DNA of 64,000 nt from Bacteroidota bacterium (lineage in GTDB: Bacteria > Bacteroidota > Bacteroidia > NS11-12g > UBA9320). The stretch covers positions 317,211 to 381,210 of the forward strand of contig WGNA01000011.1 in assembly GCA_016124755.1 (NCBI GenBank), given 5' to 3'. The notes below the pieces were generated by a model. It did no database searches, had not been told where the DNA came from, and worked only from the letters and a program-made list of their open reading frames with translations. A program made the translations under genes and the position numbers. Position 1 is the stretch's first letter. Each line of letters opens with the position of its first letter. Shown in pieces: positions 49,524 through 60,399 of this stretch.

Positions 49524-52500
49524 TTAATACCGATAGCCATTCGATTCAATATAATAATAATCTCCATACAACGGAAGCAGCCTAAAACTTTGCTGGTTGA
49601 TAATGTTTCCATTGACATAAATGTATTGAACAATATGAATGGGTTGTGTAATATAACCTGTGGATTCGGCATCCGGGAAATACGGCGGACTGATTTCGCC
49701 TTTCATGCACCGGTCGTAATAATGCGGAACAGCTTCCAGATCACCGGCTAACCAAGTTCCTGTTTTAATTCCGTTTATGTAATTACCTACTTCCTCTAAC
49801 CTGCCGTCGGGATCGTAGAACTTCCAAAGACCGTCCCGTTTTCCGTCTTTTATTTCCCCCTCTAATCTGCGGTTTCCATTGTTGTGAAACTCGTAAACCC
49901 AACCGTTGTTATTGTGAAAAGTTTCTTTTCCGTTTTCATCGAAAAGTGAAAGATAAAAGAGATTTTCAAGCGAAATATTCATTTCACGTTCACAACGAAA
50001 TTGTTCAAATTGAGAAGTGATTAATCCTTTTAGAAGTGGTTTTCCGTTCGGGTACCACATCTCAATTTTTCCATAGTAATCAATGGTGTCGCCGGTATTT
50101 GGATTTACATAAATTCCAGTGTCATACGTAATCGTTTTTAACCTGCCTCCATTCAAGTCAAAATGTTCCCATGTGCCGGTTTTAAATCCGTTTGTCACAT
50201 TTCCATGGGAGGCCAATACACCGTTTTTATAATAATAGAAATATTCACCGGAATTGTTAGGGTCGAAGCTGATGAATGGCTTATTAAGATATTGATAGTT
50301 GCCGTCAAAACTTTTTAGGTCGCCGACTAAATGACGGTAATATACCGGCTCCAATACACCAGTTTTGGCGGTACTTTTATAGCTCTGAAATCCCCTTAAA
50401 AAAGCATTTTTCCCGGCAAAAAATACACTATCTTTTTGGCAGTACAACACTTTGCATTTAACTATACCTTCGGAATAAAAATATAAAGCAGTATCAACCA
50501 AATATCCGTGGTTTAATTTAGCCCAAACAGAAGTATCGTTAACAACTCCGCCATACCAGTAATAACCATGGGGTAGGCCCATGTCGATATAAACCTTTTC
50601 TTTCAGTTTTCCGGGCGTATGGTATTTGTAAAACCAACCATTTAAGGTGTCACGGGTGTAATAGGTTTTAACCTCAATCTGATCGTGTAATACGGCAAAA
50701 CTCCTTCTGCCCTGTGGTGACTTTACTTCCGAATGCAGATCATACTTTATGTACAATCCATTTAATTTCCCGCTGTCGTATTCCATTAATTCGCCGGAAG
50801 ATTTGCAGGTTCCCTGTTTTACTCCGTGATCGTAATAGGCTTTTATCGCGTTCGGTGGATTGCCTATAAATGTTCCGTTCAACGCCGAATTATCGTAACC
50901 AATTTCACCCTTAAATAAGTTAGAAGACATGAATTTCAGATAGCCATTGTCAATTGTAAAATGGCTGGTTATTAGTTGATCGGTGAGTTCATATTCTCTT
51001 CCTGCAACCAGATTTAAGTTAACCAGATTGTTCACACCAACAACATAAGAAACAAAGGTTCCGGTTTCTGTTACCTTCATTAATTTGATTTTGTTGCTCT
51101 TAGAACGTTTCGTGGCACTGCTATAATCAATAGTCCCGTTTAATGGTTTTCCATTGTATTCAAATCGGAAATCGGGTCGTAATGGAATGGTATTAAGTGA
51201 CCGGCCTTTTAAAGTTTCCGGACTTGTCACAAACATTTTTTCCGGATTAGCCTGAATGGAAAATTGATGAATAAGACAGAATTTCTGATCGTCACTGTAC
51301 TCCCTTTGGGTAATATATATTTTGTTGGAACCTGAAATAGAATCAATGGTGAAAGTAGTGAGTGGCAGAACTGCTCCTTTTTTATCTAAGTAAAACAATT
51401 CTCTGGCAACAAAATCCGTATGCAACAGATATAACTCCCGACTTAATACTCTTCTTTTTTTATTTCTTTTTAACTCTTTAAATCCATAATGGTCGGGATA
51501 TGTTAGATTTAGAAATGTTGGGGACAAGATGGTGTCCGATCGGCCAAGACTATCATAGTTTACAGTCAGAATCGGGTAACCGGATTCCAGAAATACTTGT
51601 TCCTTTGATAGATATTTTATCTTTTGATTTGATTTTGCAGGTGAATAAACTTTAAATGCAGATAGCTTAAATATATAGATATCGTCCTTTTTATTAAAAT
51701 GGATGAGCTCAAATTTCGCCGGTTCATCATAAGGCGGGAGGGAAAATATTATTTTTACAGGTAAGGTGTCTGTCGTAAAATCATATTCCGAGGTGATGCG
51801 ACCATTCTTATAATTAATTTCCTTCAGGAAGGTGCTGTTTTTAGAAATCTGTTTAGTAAACCACCTGTGGAATTGCTGTTTCAACGTATCTTTAAAATCT
51901 GTCGAAGGTTCATTTGATGTTCTGGCTGAATAATATTGAAGGGTATCATTCGATATGATCTCTTCGTACCGAATGGTATGCGATGGATTAAAATACGATA
52001 AATAACATATCTTGCCCGTATTGCTGAACAAGATATCAACGGTGTCTTTTGTAGGCGGATATCGCACTGAACTTTTATTCCCGTTTATAAAAAACGTGGA
52101 TTTAGCAGGACAGTCAATACAAGAGCCATCATAGACTACAAGAGCCATCATCCGTTTTTGGTCGTCAAATTGATATCCATCTCCGGTTTTTATGCCGTTT
52201 GTGTATGTGCCATATTCAAAAAGTATATCTTCAAAATAATTAAACCACATGCCATGAAGTAAATCATTGTGGTAATGATATATTAAATGAAATTGGTTAT
52301 TAATTATATTCCATTCTCCTGTTTTTTTATCATTGTCGAAATGGCCGGTTTGGATTATCCCTCCTCTATCATTATACCAGATAACCTCACCGTTTCTCTG
52401 ATTGTCTTTAAGGGAAAAAAGAATGGCAACAGTCAGGGTATCATATAGGTATTCCGATTTAGAACCTATATGATAACCAATATACTCTCTGAACTTTTGA

Positions 52501-52799
52501 TAGTAAATAACATACTTCCCATCCGGCACGCTAAACGGATTGAAACTTAGCTTTAATTCCTGGTCAATCATTGTTGCGTAACGTGACGAACCTGGATAGT
52601 TGTACTTGTAGTCTTTTATGTATTGCTTTCCATTCCAATTAAATCTGGGTAATCTGGCGGGATATACATTTACCTTTTCCCCGTGAAAATACACCTGTGT
52701 TACCGGCATTTGGGCAAACAGGTTATTTTTAGAAATGCAGCACAAGCAAAGAATAAAAATTGAGTAAATAAGATTTATTCTCAGTTTGATGAATTTCAT
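49524..52799 (-). CDS. Large exported MORN-variant/YwqK-repeat protein, paralogue 2
   Basis: Signal peptide; EFHNNGNRRLEGEIKDGKRDGLWKFYDPDG. Confidence 0.82.
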   Translation of the reverse strand: MKFIKLRINLIYSIFILCLCCISKNNLFAQMPVTQVYFHGEKVNVYPARLPRFNWNGKQYIKDYKYNYPGSSRYATMIDQELKLSFNPFSVPDGKYVIYYQKFREYIGYHIGSKSEYLYDTLTVAILFSLKDNQRNGEVIWYNDRGGIIQTGHFDNDKKTGEWNIINNQFHLIYHYHNDLLHGMWFNYFEDILFEYGTYTNGIKTGDGYQFDDQKRMMALVVYDGSCIDCPAKSTFFINGNKSSVRYPPTKDTVDILFSNTGKICYLSYFNPSHTIRYEEIISNDTLQYYSARTSNEPSTDFKDTLKQQFHRWFTKQISKNSTFLKEINYKNGRITSEYDFTTDTLPVKIIFSLPPYDEPAKFELIHFNKKDDIYIFKLSAFKVYSPAKSNQKIKYLSKEQVFLESGYPILTVNYDSLGRSDTILSPTFLNLTYPDHYGFKELKRNKKRRVLSRELYLLHTDFVARELFYLDKKGAVLPLTTFTIDSISGSNKIYITQREYSDDQKFCLIHQFSIQANPEKMFVTSPETLKGRSLNTIPLRPDFRFEYNGKPLNGTIDYSSATKRSKSNKIKLMKVTETGTFVSYVVGVNNLVNLNLVAGREYELTDQLITSHFTIDNGYLKFMSSNLFKGEIGYDNSALNGTFIGNPPNAIKAYYDHGVKQGTCKSSGELMEYDSGKLNGLYIKYDLHSEVKSPQGRRSFAVLHDQIEVKTYYTRDTLNGWFYKYHTPGKLKEKVYIDMGLPHGYYWYGGVVNDTSVWAKLNHGYLVDTALYFYSEGIVKCKVLYCQKDSVFFAGKNAFLRGFQSYKSTAKTGVLEPVYYRHLVGDLKSFDGNYQYLNKPFISFDPNNSGEYFYYYKNGVLASHGNVTNGFKTGTWEHFDLNGGRLKTITYDTGIYVNPNTGDTIDYYGKIEMWYPNGKPLLKGLITSQFEQFRCEREMNISLENLFYLSLFDENGKETFHNNNGWVYEFHNNGNRRLEGEIKDGKRDGLWKFYDPDGRLEEVGNYINGIKTGTWLAGDLEAVPHYYDRCMKGEISPPYFPDAESTGYITQPIHIVQYIYVNGNIINQQSFRLLPLYGDYYYIESNGYRY

Positions 52800-52809
52800 A
52801 ATACTGAAA

Positions 52810-55800
52810 TCAAAAATCCAGATATAGATGATTGTAATGACCGCGATATTCGCCGTAAAGCGGAATTAACATAACCGTATTACTACTGATATATTCTCCG
52901 TCTTTGTACATGTATTCACTAATTTTAACCGGTTCGGTGATGTAGCCCTGCGCCTCGGCATCCGGAAGGGAATACGGTTGCAGTTCACCTTTTAAACAGC
53001 GATCGTAAAAATGAGGAACGGCTTCCAGATCGCCGGAAACCCAGAGTCCGTCGGCTTTCCCGTTTTTATATGTCCCGATATTTTCAAGTCTGCCTTCCGG
53101 ATCGTAAAATTTCCAGAGACCCACTCTTTTACCATCTTTGATATTTCCTTCCAGCCGGCGTTCTCCGTTGTTGTGAAATTCGTAAATAGCTCCCGAATTA
53201 TTCACTAATAGTTCTTTCCCGTTTTCATCCCACATGTTCAGATAAAACAAATTTTCAAAACTCACTTCCATTTCCTGATCACAACGGAATTGGGTGAATT
53301 GAGATGTAATATATCCCTTTAATAATAGGGCTCCGTTGGGATACCACTGCGTTATGGTTCCGTAATACCGAACTGTATCCCCGTTATCCGGATTGATATA
53401 AATTCCACTGTCGTATTCAATTGTTTTTAATTTTCCGCCGTTGAGATCCCAATGTTCCCAGGTGCCGGTTTTGAATCCATTTTCAACGCAACCATGTGAA
53501 GCTTTTACTCCGCTTTTGTAGAAATACGTGTATTCTCCAGTACGATTCGGGTTAAAATTCAACATAGGTTTTTCTATGTAATTGTGCAGATTGTTGTAAG
53601 AACTCAAATCACCCAATATCCGGTTTGAACGGCTCGTTGCAGAGGCAATTTCTGCATAATCGGAGTAACTGTTATAGTAATATCCGGTTGTTTTCGTTTT
53701 ACTTCGGTTAACATAGTATCCATCTTTAAAAATATATCTTCCCGCATAAAACTCACTGTCTTCCAATTGATGAATGCACATAGCTTTTAACACGCCTTCT
53801 GAGAAATAATAACGCGCGGTGTCGTACAAAAATCCGTTTTTAATTTTTGCCGAAACCAAGGTGTCGCAACCCACATTTCCGTACCAGTAATCTCCGTTTG
53901 GCAGTCCGTGATCGATGTATATTTTTTCCTTAAACAAATTGGGCGATGCGTATTTGTAAAACCAACCGTTTAGCGTGTCTAAAGTATAATTGGTTCGCAC
54001 ATTTATCTGGCGATCGATTTTCCCGTTTTCTGTGTAATAGCCAAAGTCGATATAGCTGCCATGAAGTGTGTCTTCATAATATTCTTGAAACTTATCATAA
54101 TTTTGAAACAAACCATTTTTTTTGCCCAGATCATAAAATCCGGTGACTCCGTTAATACTCGTTTCCCCGTTTTTAGTACCGTCGATATAATCGATTTTAT
54201 CGGAAGACCAGTACCCTCCATTAATGGTTTGAACTTCACCGTTGGCGGTTTGAATACTACAATAACTGAAATCCCCTTCACTGTTACTTGGAAAACGGGT
54301 TTTTACTTTAACAACCGTATTGATGTAATCTGAAAGATGCTTCGAATATTTTGATTTCATCATCCATTTGCGCCTTCTCCATACATCATTCACTATGAGT
54401 TTTCCATTGAAAGGGAGATTGTGGTAATAAATCTTATAATCAATCGTGTCGGGTGAAGAAAGAATGGTCTGGTTTATAATATTCGTGGAACTACCCCGAT
54501 AAACCTTGCCGCTGTCGGCTTTGATCTGGTATTGGTGAACAATGCACAAATCGTGTTTTTTGTCCCATTGTTTCAGGGTAACATCCGTGGTTCTTTCTAA
54601 TGTATCGGATTTTTGGAATTCCGCTTCCTGATAAACAATACCTTTCGTTTTTATGGTGTGAATTTCCTTATTCGTATTTAATAAAATATACGTTTTATTA
54701 TCTCTCTTTTTGCTTTGCTTCCAATACGACAACACCGGACCTATGCTGTCGGGATACAGATGTTGTAGATACGATTGGGATGATCGGAGATATAGGTAGC
54801 CTTTTTTGTCGGTATATGAAAAATGAATGGAATAATTTCCGCTGTATTCGTGGACTCGTATCGCATCGGTTGTCTTTTTAATTTTACTGTAATCGAGACG
54901 AATTGTCTGCACTCCAATCCACTTTTCTTCCACCCAATAGGAAGTATCTCCGGGAGCAGAAATTACTTTTACCGTTTTTCTGGGCTTCCCTTTTTTATCA
55001 TTAACGGTAACATTCTGGTTCAATCCGCCTTTGGCAAAATCATATTGGTATTTGAGTTTTCCATCTTTAAAGTATCGAACCAGTTTAACTACATCTCCAT
55101 CTTCATTTAGCACTTCATTAAATACTTCAATAAGAGCGACCGAATCGAGATATTCCTGAGAAGTGTCTTGATCTCTGTGTCGCTCGTATCTGTCGCTGCG
55201 CAACTGTCCGTTTTTATACCAGTTTATGTAGTGGAAGAGCGAGTCACTCGTGCGAATACCCACATATTTTTTTTCTCCTTTTTTGAAAAAACTAGTGCTG
55301 ATTGTGTCGTTTTCAAACGGATATTTATGATAAGTAATAATTCCTTTTTTGTTATAAACTCTCGATTCCTTTACAATAGAATTTGTTTTAACATAAGATT
55401 CACCGGTGCTTAAATATCTTGGGGACTGTGTGGTGTCGTATGTGTATTTTGAAATGAGTCTTCCTTTTTCGTTAAAATAATTAAATGTCCCCATTTTAAA
55501 GCCGCGGTTGTAATTAATTTCAGATAGCACAACATTTTTATAGGTGTGAATCATTTTACCTTGTAACAAGCCGTTTTCGTAATGATATTTTAAAACGTAA
55601 TCGTCGCGTATGATCGCCCAATCACCTACTTTCACATCGTCTTTGAAATCACCGGTCTGAATAATTTCGCCTTTGTCGTTGTACCAGGTTGCCTTTCCGT
55701 TTTTTCGTTCGTTCTGAATTTCAAATTTTACCGCAACCAAAGTTGTGTCTTCATGACTGTATTTCGGTTTATAGGTGTGGCGGTCAATTTTTCGAACTCG

Positions 55801-56085
55801 TTTTTGGTAATAAGCGATGTACCTTCCGTCGTCGAGAGGAAAAGGATTATACGGCAGAGTTTTCTCGTATTTTAATCCACTGCCGTAATAAGGTGAGTCA
55901 CCGAGTTCGTCACCAATCGTTTTAGCGCTGTAACCATATTCGGCTTTTCCGCCGGGTAATCGTGCAGGATATACTTTAACCGTTTGCCCCTCGAAAGTGG
56001 TGAGTACGGTTGGCATTTGCGCATATAGGTTGGTGAAAAATAAGAAAGCGAAGAATGTGTTAAAAAGGCGTTTTATCGAATTCAT
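52810..56085 (-). CDS. Large exported MORN-variant/YwqK-repeat protein, paralogue 1
   Basis: Signal peptide ending LYAQ; EFHNNGERRLEGNIKDGKRVGLWKFYDPEG. Confidence 0.82.
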   Translation of the reverse strand: MNSIKRLFNTFFAFLFFTNLYAQMPTVLTTFEGQTVKVYPARLPGGKAEYGYSAKTIGDELGDSPYYGSGLKYEKTLPYNPFPLDDGRYIAYYQKRVRKIDRHTYKPKYSHEDTTLVAVKFEIQNERKNGKATWYNDKGEIIQTGDFKDDVKVGDWAIIRDDYVLKYHYENGLLQGKMIHTYKNVVLSEINYNRGFKMGTFNYFNEKGRLISKYTYDTTQSPRYLSTGESYVKTNSIVKESRVYNKKGIITYHKYPFENDTISTSFFKKGEKKYVGIRTSDSLFHYINWYKNGQLRSDRYERHRDQDTSQEYLDSVALIEVFNEVLNEDGDVVKLVRYFKDGKLKYQYDFAKGGLNQNVTVNDKKGKPRKTVKVISAPGDTSYWVEEKWIGVQTIRLDYSKIKKTTDAIRVHEYSGNYSIHFSYTDKKGYLYLRSSQSYLQHLYPDSIGPVLSYWKQSKKRDNKTYILLNTNKEIHTIKTKGIVYQEAEFQKSDTLERTTDVTLKQWDKKHDLCIVHQYQIKADSGKVYRGSSTNIINQTILSSPDTIDYKIYYHNLPFNGKLIVNDVWRRRKWMMKSKYSKHLSDYINTVVKVKTRFPSNSEGDFSYCSIQTANGEVQTINGGYWSSDKIDYIDGTKNGETSINGVTGFYDLGKKNGLFQNYDKFQEYYEDTLHGSYIDFGYYTENGKIDRQINVRTNYTLDTLNGWFYKYASPNLFKEKIYIDHGLPNGDYWYGNVGCDTLVSAKIKNGFLYDTARYYFSEGVLKAMCIHQLEDSEFYAGRYIFKDGYYVNRSKTKTTGYYYNSYSDYAEIASATSRSNRILGDLSSYNNLHNYIEKPMLNFNPNRTGEYTYFYKSGVKASHGCVENGFKTGTWEHWDLNGGKLKTIEYDSGIYINPDNGDTVRYYGTITQWYPNGALLLKGYITSQFTQFRCDQEMEVSFENLFYLNMWDENGKELLVNNSGAIYEFHNNGERRLEGNIKDGKRVGLWKFYDPEGRLENIGTYKNGKADGLWVSGDLEAVPHFYDRCLKGELQPYSLPDAEAQGYITEPVKISEYMYKDGEYISSNTVMLIPLYGEYRGHYNHLYLDF

Positions 56086-56340
56086 GCATTAAGGGTTTAC
56101 CCGGAAACGAAAGTAAGCACTGTGAAGTACAAAGCAGAGTGAAAGTTGGTGTGTATTTAGGAAATGGCCGGTATATTTGAGAAAACGTGCTATCTATCGA
56201 ACTATGAATTGCTTAACCAAACAATACATCATGCCTTCAACAGGTTTCTTGTACCGAATGAATCCGTATTGCATTGGGCCAACAGTAGATTCTTCAGATT
56301 TTTATTCCATTTTGTCAGTCAAACACTCCATGAAATTTAA

Positions 56341-58548
56341 ATGAAGTCAGAAGCAAAATCTTACTTTCTCCAATTCCCTATTTCACCGATTCATGCTGAC
56401 AAAGCCTCCTGTAAATTTCTCTTTATCCCTTTTTCACTCAGACTTTCGTCAGTAATTCCCCAATTCCCCAAATTCCGTATTCTCAAATTCTCCAATTGTC
56501 GAATTCCTCAATTCTTAATTCTTTTCATTTTCTCAATTCTTCAATTCCGTACTATGGCAAGTCCGGATCTGGATTCTACTGTAAGGCTTATTCAAAAGTG
56601 TATGCGGCCAGATGTTGCTGCATTTGGTGATTTAGTGGAAATAGAGGTGTTGCCGGTTAAATGGCGTCATACAACCTATATGGGGTTTACACTTAGTGAA
56701 AGTGATTCGGATCTGGTAATTTTTGAACTCACCGGACAGGAATTCAAAATCTCTAAAAGCCGGTTAGTTTCAAAAAAGAGCATAGCATACAACGACAGTG
56801 TTGTCCATCGGGTGTCGGAATACTCCAAGTTTTACAGTCGCTTGCATTCATATTGGGGGTGCGAAGAAATGCCCTATATACTCTCGTTAGTCTGGTTGGA
56901 GTACCATAATCATGTAAATGAAGCGTATGAAATTTTAAATTTTAATGGAAAAAACCGTGGAGAGCGGGCTTGGGCGCAGGATCGGATAAAGGATGATTTT
57001 GCTTACCTGTATTTCAACGAAATGCTCATCGCCTGGACGCATGACCGTAACTATGAAAAGGCACTTTTGTATGGCAGTTATCTGAAAGATTCGGTTTATT
57101 CAGATTTTGAATATTGGGATATTGCCAAATTACTGAACAATCAATTACGGAATAACCAGGACGATTTTCAAAAATATTCACTTCCGGATTCGTTACAATG
57201 GGCTCAGAAAAAAAGTCTGTTGAGCCGGGAACAACAGATTAAATTCCTGCTGGATCGTTTGCACATATTAAATTGTGTTCAGTTCTTTCAGCCTGGCGGT
57301 GTTAATTATTCGCAAGTGCAGACAAACGTTCCGGTTTCCCGGGTTTTGCAGGATACTTCGTACAATGATTTTTGGGAAATATTTATGCCTTACCAGGTTA
57401 TTAATCCTTATAATGAATTAATAGAAATGGATCTGGAATTATCGGAAGTAAAAATTCTGCTGCCACACCTGTTGGATTCATCGTTCATCCCAACATTTTC
57501 TTATCACAGAGATTTTTTGAGTTCTCGCGTCTTGTACCGGTATGATTGGGTAGTAGAGAATTTAGTGTTTAATGCCACGAACCGGCGACTGTTATCAAAT
57601 GATTATTTCTGGTCGTTTACATACGAAGAGAAAAAGGCGGAATTAAAGAAAATAGAAGTCTGGTGTGGTCTAAATGAAAAGGTTCCGGAAGAAGAACGTC
57701 TGGTGAAAATAATTAAGGAGACAGATAATTATGCTGAATTCAATTTGGCATTACGTACTGCAGGTAATAAAAGGTATACTTCCATCATTCCAGGTCTGGA
57801 AAACCGGATTGTGGGAGAAGATAATATGCTAAATGAAACAAGAAAGATAAGCGTTGTGCAATGGATAGTGAATCATGATACAGGGAGATATTTGGAAACA
57901 GTCCATAGAATTGATGATTATTTGGTGGCAAAAATTCCGCATTGTAAGAAATATGATAAGTATGTAAATGACCAGATGCTCCTATATTCCTCGTTGTATC
58001 TTATTAAATATGATTCTTCAAATGATAAATCATATGAATATCTGAAATTAGTATTAACGGATGAGGAGTCCGGACAAAATCGTTATATACAGGCAGTACC
58101 ATTTTTATTGAGTATTAAGGATGATAAGGCATTCTACTTTGCGGAGGAATTATTAACTGCATTGAGCTTAGAGGAAAAATATATTTCAAGCGAATTGGAT
58201 GTTGCACTTCAGATACTTTTGTTAAACAGAAGTGAAAAAGCGCTACGGTACCTGGAAATGAATTTGAGTGATACGAGTCAAGCCAATAAGAAAGATTGGA
58301 TATCAGATATTAATAAACTGGATGATTCCTATTGCGAATATTATTTCAATTTAATAAATAGTTGGCGGTCAGAACCGATATTATGCTGCGCTCCCACTGA
58401 TAAAAAGGCTTTTTTGAAATGTTGTAAGAAACAACAAAAATGGCTGAAAGAACAATTTGAATTAATAAAGGCAGGGGAGCACAGCGAGATTGAGGATCAT
58501 CTTTTAACGATGCCGGTTTATTATGGTTTTGTGGATTCAGGGAATTGA
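56341..58548 (+). CDS. Hypothetical alpha-helical protein; start uncertain (56341 or 56554)
   Basis: 735-aa ORF; much of the first ~70 codons is repeat-derived DNA. Confidence 0.7.
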   Translation: MKSEAKSYFLQFPISPIHADKASCKFLFIPFSLRLSSVIPQFPKFRILKFSNCRIPQFLILFIFSILQFRTMASPDLDSTVRLIQKCMRPDVAAFGDLVEIEVLPVKWRHTTYMGFTLSESDSDLVIFELTGQEFKISKSRLVSKKSIAYNDSVVHRVSEYSKFYSRLHSYWGCEEMPYILSLVWLEYHNHVNEAYEILNFNGKNRGERAWAQDRIKDDFAYLYFNEMLIAWTHDRNYEKALLYGSYLKDSVYSDFEYWDIAKLLNNQLRNNQDDFQKYSLPDSLQWAQKKSLLSREQQIKFLLDRLHILNCVQFFQPGGVNYSQVQTNVPVSRVLQDTSYNDFWEIFMPYQVINPYNELIEMDLELSEVKILLPHLLDSSFIPTFSYHRDFLSSRVLYRYDWVVENLVFNATNRRLLSNDYFWSFTYEEKKAELKKIEVWCGLNEKVPEEERLVKIIKETDNYAEFNLALRTAGNKRYTSIIPGLENRIVGEDNMLNETRKISVVQWIVNHDTGRYLETVHRIDDYLVAKIPHCKKYDKYVNDQMLLYSSLYLIKYDSSNDKSYEYLKLVLTDEESGQNRYIQAVPFLLSIKDDKAFYFAEELLTALSLEEKYISSELDVALQILLLNRSEKALRYLEMNLSDTSQANKKDWISDINKLDDSYCEYYFNLINSWRSEPILCCAPTDKKAFLKCCKKQQKWLKEQFELIKAGEHSEIEDHLLTMPVYYGFVDSGN
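56396..56452 (-). repeat. Repeat A copy, reverse orientation
   Basis: Minus strand CTGACGAAAGTCTGAGTG...GGAGGCTTTGTCAG, with GGGGAATT-type octamers alongside. Confidence 0.85.
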
Positions 58549-58564
58549 TAAATTCAATGCGCTT

Positions 58565-58993
58565 TTATCGGATTTCAAATTTTACCGGAAGTCGGTACAT
58601 GGAAGGAACATTTACTCCATTAACACTTGCGGGCGACCACAAAGGCATGTCTTTTACCACCTGAAGAACCGCTTCCCGAAAAAGTTCTAACTGATCTTCA
58701 CTCAAGGTAACATCGCTGTTTTCAACCTCAGTCGACACAATCTGAGCATTTTTCACACGGCCGTTACGATCAACCACAAATCTAACCTGAACATCAACCG
58801 TGGCATTTGTTTCTAATAGACTTTCCGGGTAAATAACATTTTTATTAATGTACGATTGGAGGTCGTTTTCCTGCACACCAAATGTTGCTTTGTGATTCAC
58901 AGTTCCCGTATTGGCTGATGCACTTTTAAAACAGGTGGTAATAATCAGAATTGCGGCCAGGAGACTTTTTACGTTTAGGTTGATTGTTTTCAT
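58565..58993 (-). CDS. TonB C-terminal domain protein
   Basis: YINKNVIYP, V.VRFVVDRNG.V and MP.W.PA..NG..V.....LPVKF. Confidence 0.85.
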   Translation of the reverse strand: MKTINLNVKSLLAAILIITTCFKSASANTGTVNHKATFGVQENDLQSYINKNVIYPESLLETNATVDVQVRFVVDRNGRVKNAQIVSTEVENSDVTLSEDQLELFREAVLQVVKDMPLWSPASVNGVNVPSMYRLPVKFEIR

Positions 58994-59270
58994 TTTTCTG
59001 TTTTTAATGTTTGATATACCTCAGACGCACCACTATTTTAATGGTTACAAATTTTAGTCGACCGTTTAAGTTGGTTTATCCGGGGAGACACAAACAGATA
59101 TTTTTAAAAGACGGTTGATCGGTTCCGGAATTCTCCGATTAATAATTTATAAAAAACAGTAAAGATTGTATGGGCTAATCTCATTTTTGGGTTTGGTGAC
59201 ACAAGAACCTGAAATGAATTCAGGATGAACTTCGCGGGAATATCCTCCAATTCACCTATTTAATTCTTCA

Positions 59271-60254
59271 TCAGCCTACCGCAAACCTCGAATCCAAAAC
59301 CCGGTTTCCGTCTTTGTTGTAAAGCGAATAGGTAAATCCGGAAGTTAGTCCATAAGCGCCGTATTCTCCTTTTGTGTTGAGCGCGAGCAACCCGACCTGT
59401 TTGTTTTTTATTTCGGAATGTTTGCGGATTATTCTTCGAATGGTTTCTTCGCATGCCTCCTGGGGACTGGCACCATTGCGCATCAGTTCAACCACGGTGT
59501 GCGTGCCCGCAATGCGCATCACCATTTCACCGACTCCGGTTGCCACTGCGGCACCAACTTCTCCATCGACGTACAAACCCGCACCAATGATAGGTGAATC
59601 GCCAACTCGCCCGTGCATTTTAAAAGCGAGCCCGCTGGTTGTGCAGGCTCCCGAAATTTTGCCGTTTTCATCTAACGCAATCATCCCGATGGTGTCGTGA
59701 TTTTCAATGTTCGCTTCCGGTTTGTACTTACTCTCTTTCAACCATTCCAGATAGCGCTTTTTCGATTTGTCAGTCGGTACTTCGGCATTCGACCGGCTAA
59801 ATCCGTTTTTAAGGGCAAACTGATAAGCTCCCTCACCGGCGAGCATCACATGTGGAGATTGATCCATTACTTTTCGGGCAACCTGAATCGGATGTTCGAT
59901 GTGCTGGAGAAACGCAACCGATCCGCACCGACAGTCGTGATCCATAATACAGGCATCAAGCGTTACAAAACCATCGCGATCCGGGAGTCCGCCCAAGCCT
60001 ACTGTTTGATTGGTGAGATCCGATTCGGTTACCGAAACCCCGGCCTCCACAGCATCCAATGCGTTACCACCGGAATTCAGAATTTTCCAGGCTACTTCAT
60101 TGGCCGCGATACCATGGCGCCAGGTAGATAGAACGATGGGTTTGTTTTTAATTTCAGTTTTGGATTCACCCCATTCACTGAAATTATTCTTAGAAAATAA
60201 AAATGAGAGTGCGCCGAGAGAAGATTTCCTGATAAAAGATCTGCGATTGCTCAT
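59271..60254 (-). CDS. N(4)-(beta-N-acetylglucosaminyl)-L-asparaginase (glycosylasparaginase), Tat-exported
   Basis: SNRRSFI twin-arginine motif; autocleavage HD|TIGM; GRVGDSPIIGAG. Confidence 0.92.
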   Translation of the reverse strand: MSNRRSFIRKSSLGALSFLFSKNNFSEWGESKTEIKNKPIVLSTWRHGIAANEVAWKILNSGGNALDAVEAGVSVTESDLTNQTVGLGGLPDRDGFVTLDACIMDHDCRCGSVAFLQHIEHPIQVARKVMDQSPHVMLAGEGAYQFALKNGFSRSNAEVPTDKSKKRYLEWLKESKYKPEANIENHDTIGMIALDENGKISGACTTSGLAFKMHGRVGDSPIIGAGLYVDGEVGAAVATGVGEMVMRIAGTHTVVELMRNGASPQEACEETIRRIIRKHSEIKNKQVGLLALNTKGEYGAYGLTSGFTYSLYNKDGNRVLDSRFAVG

Positions 60255-60399
60255 ATACCTTTTGTTCTTTGATTTTGTACATCCAAAAGTTCGGATGGTT
60301 CAGATCAAAAATAAGTTAAATGAAAATGTGTGTTCCGATAAGAGGGAATTCCTCATCGATAAATGCCGTAACTTTTGTTCGAATTCAACGTCTGAAAGA

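Noticed and set aside
46249-56085. Diversity-generating retroelement targets
   Set aside because: No reverse transcriptase, and no near-identical template/variable repeat pair differing at adenines was seen.
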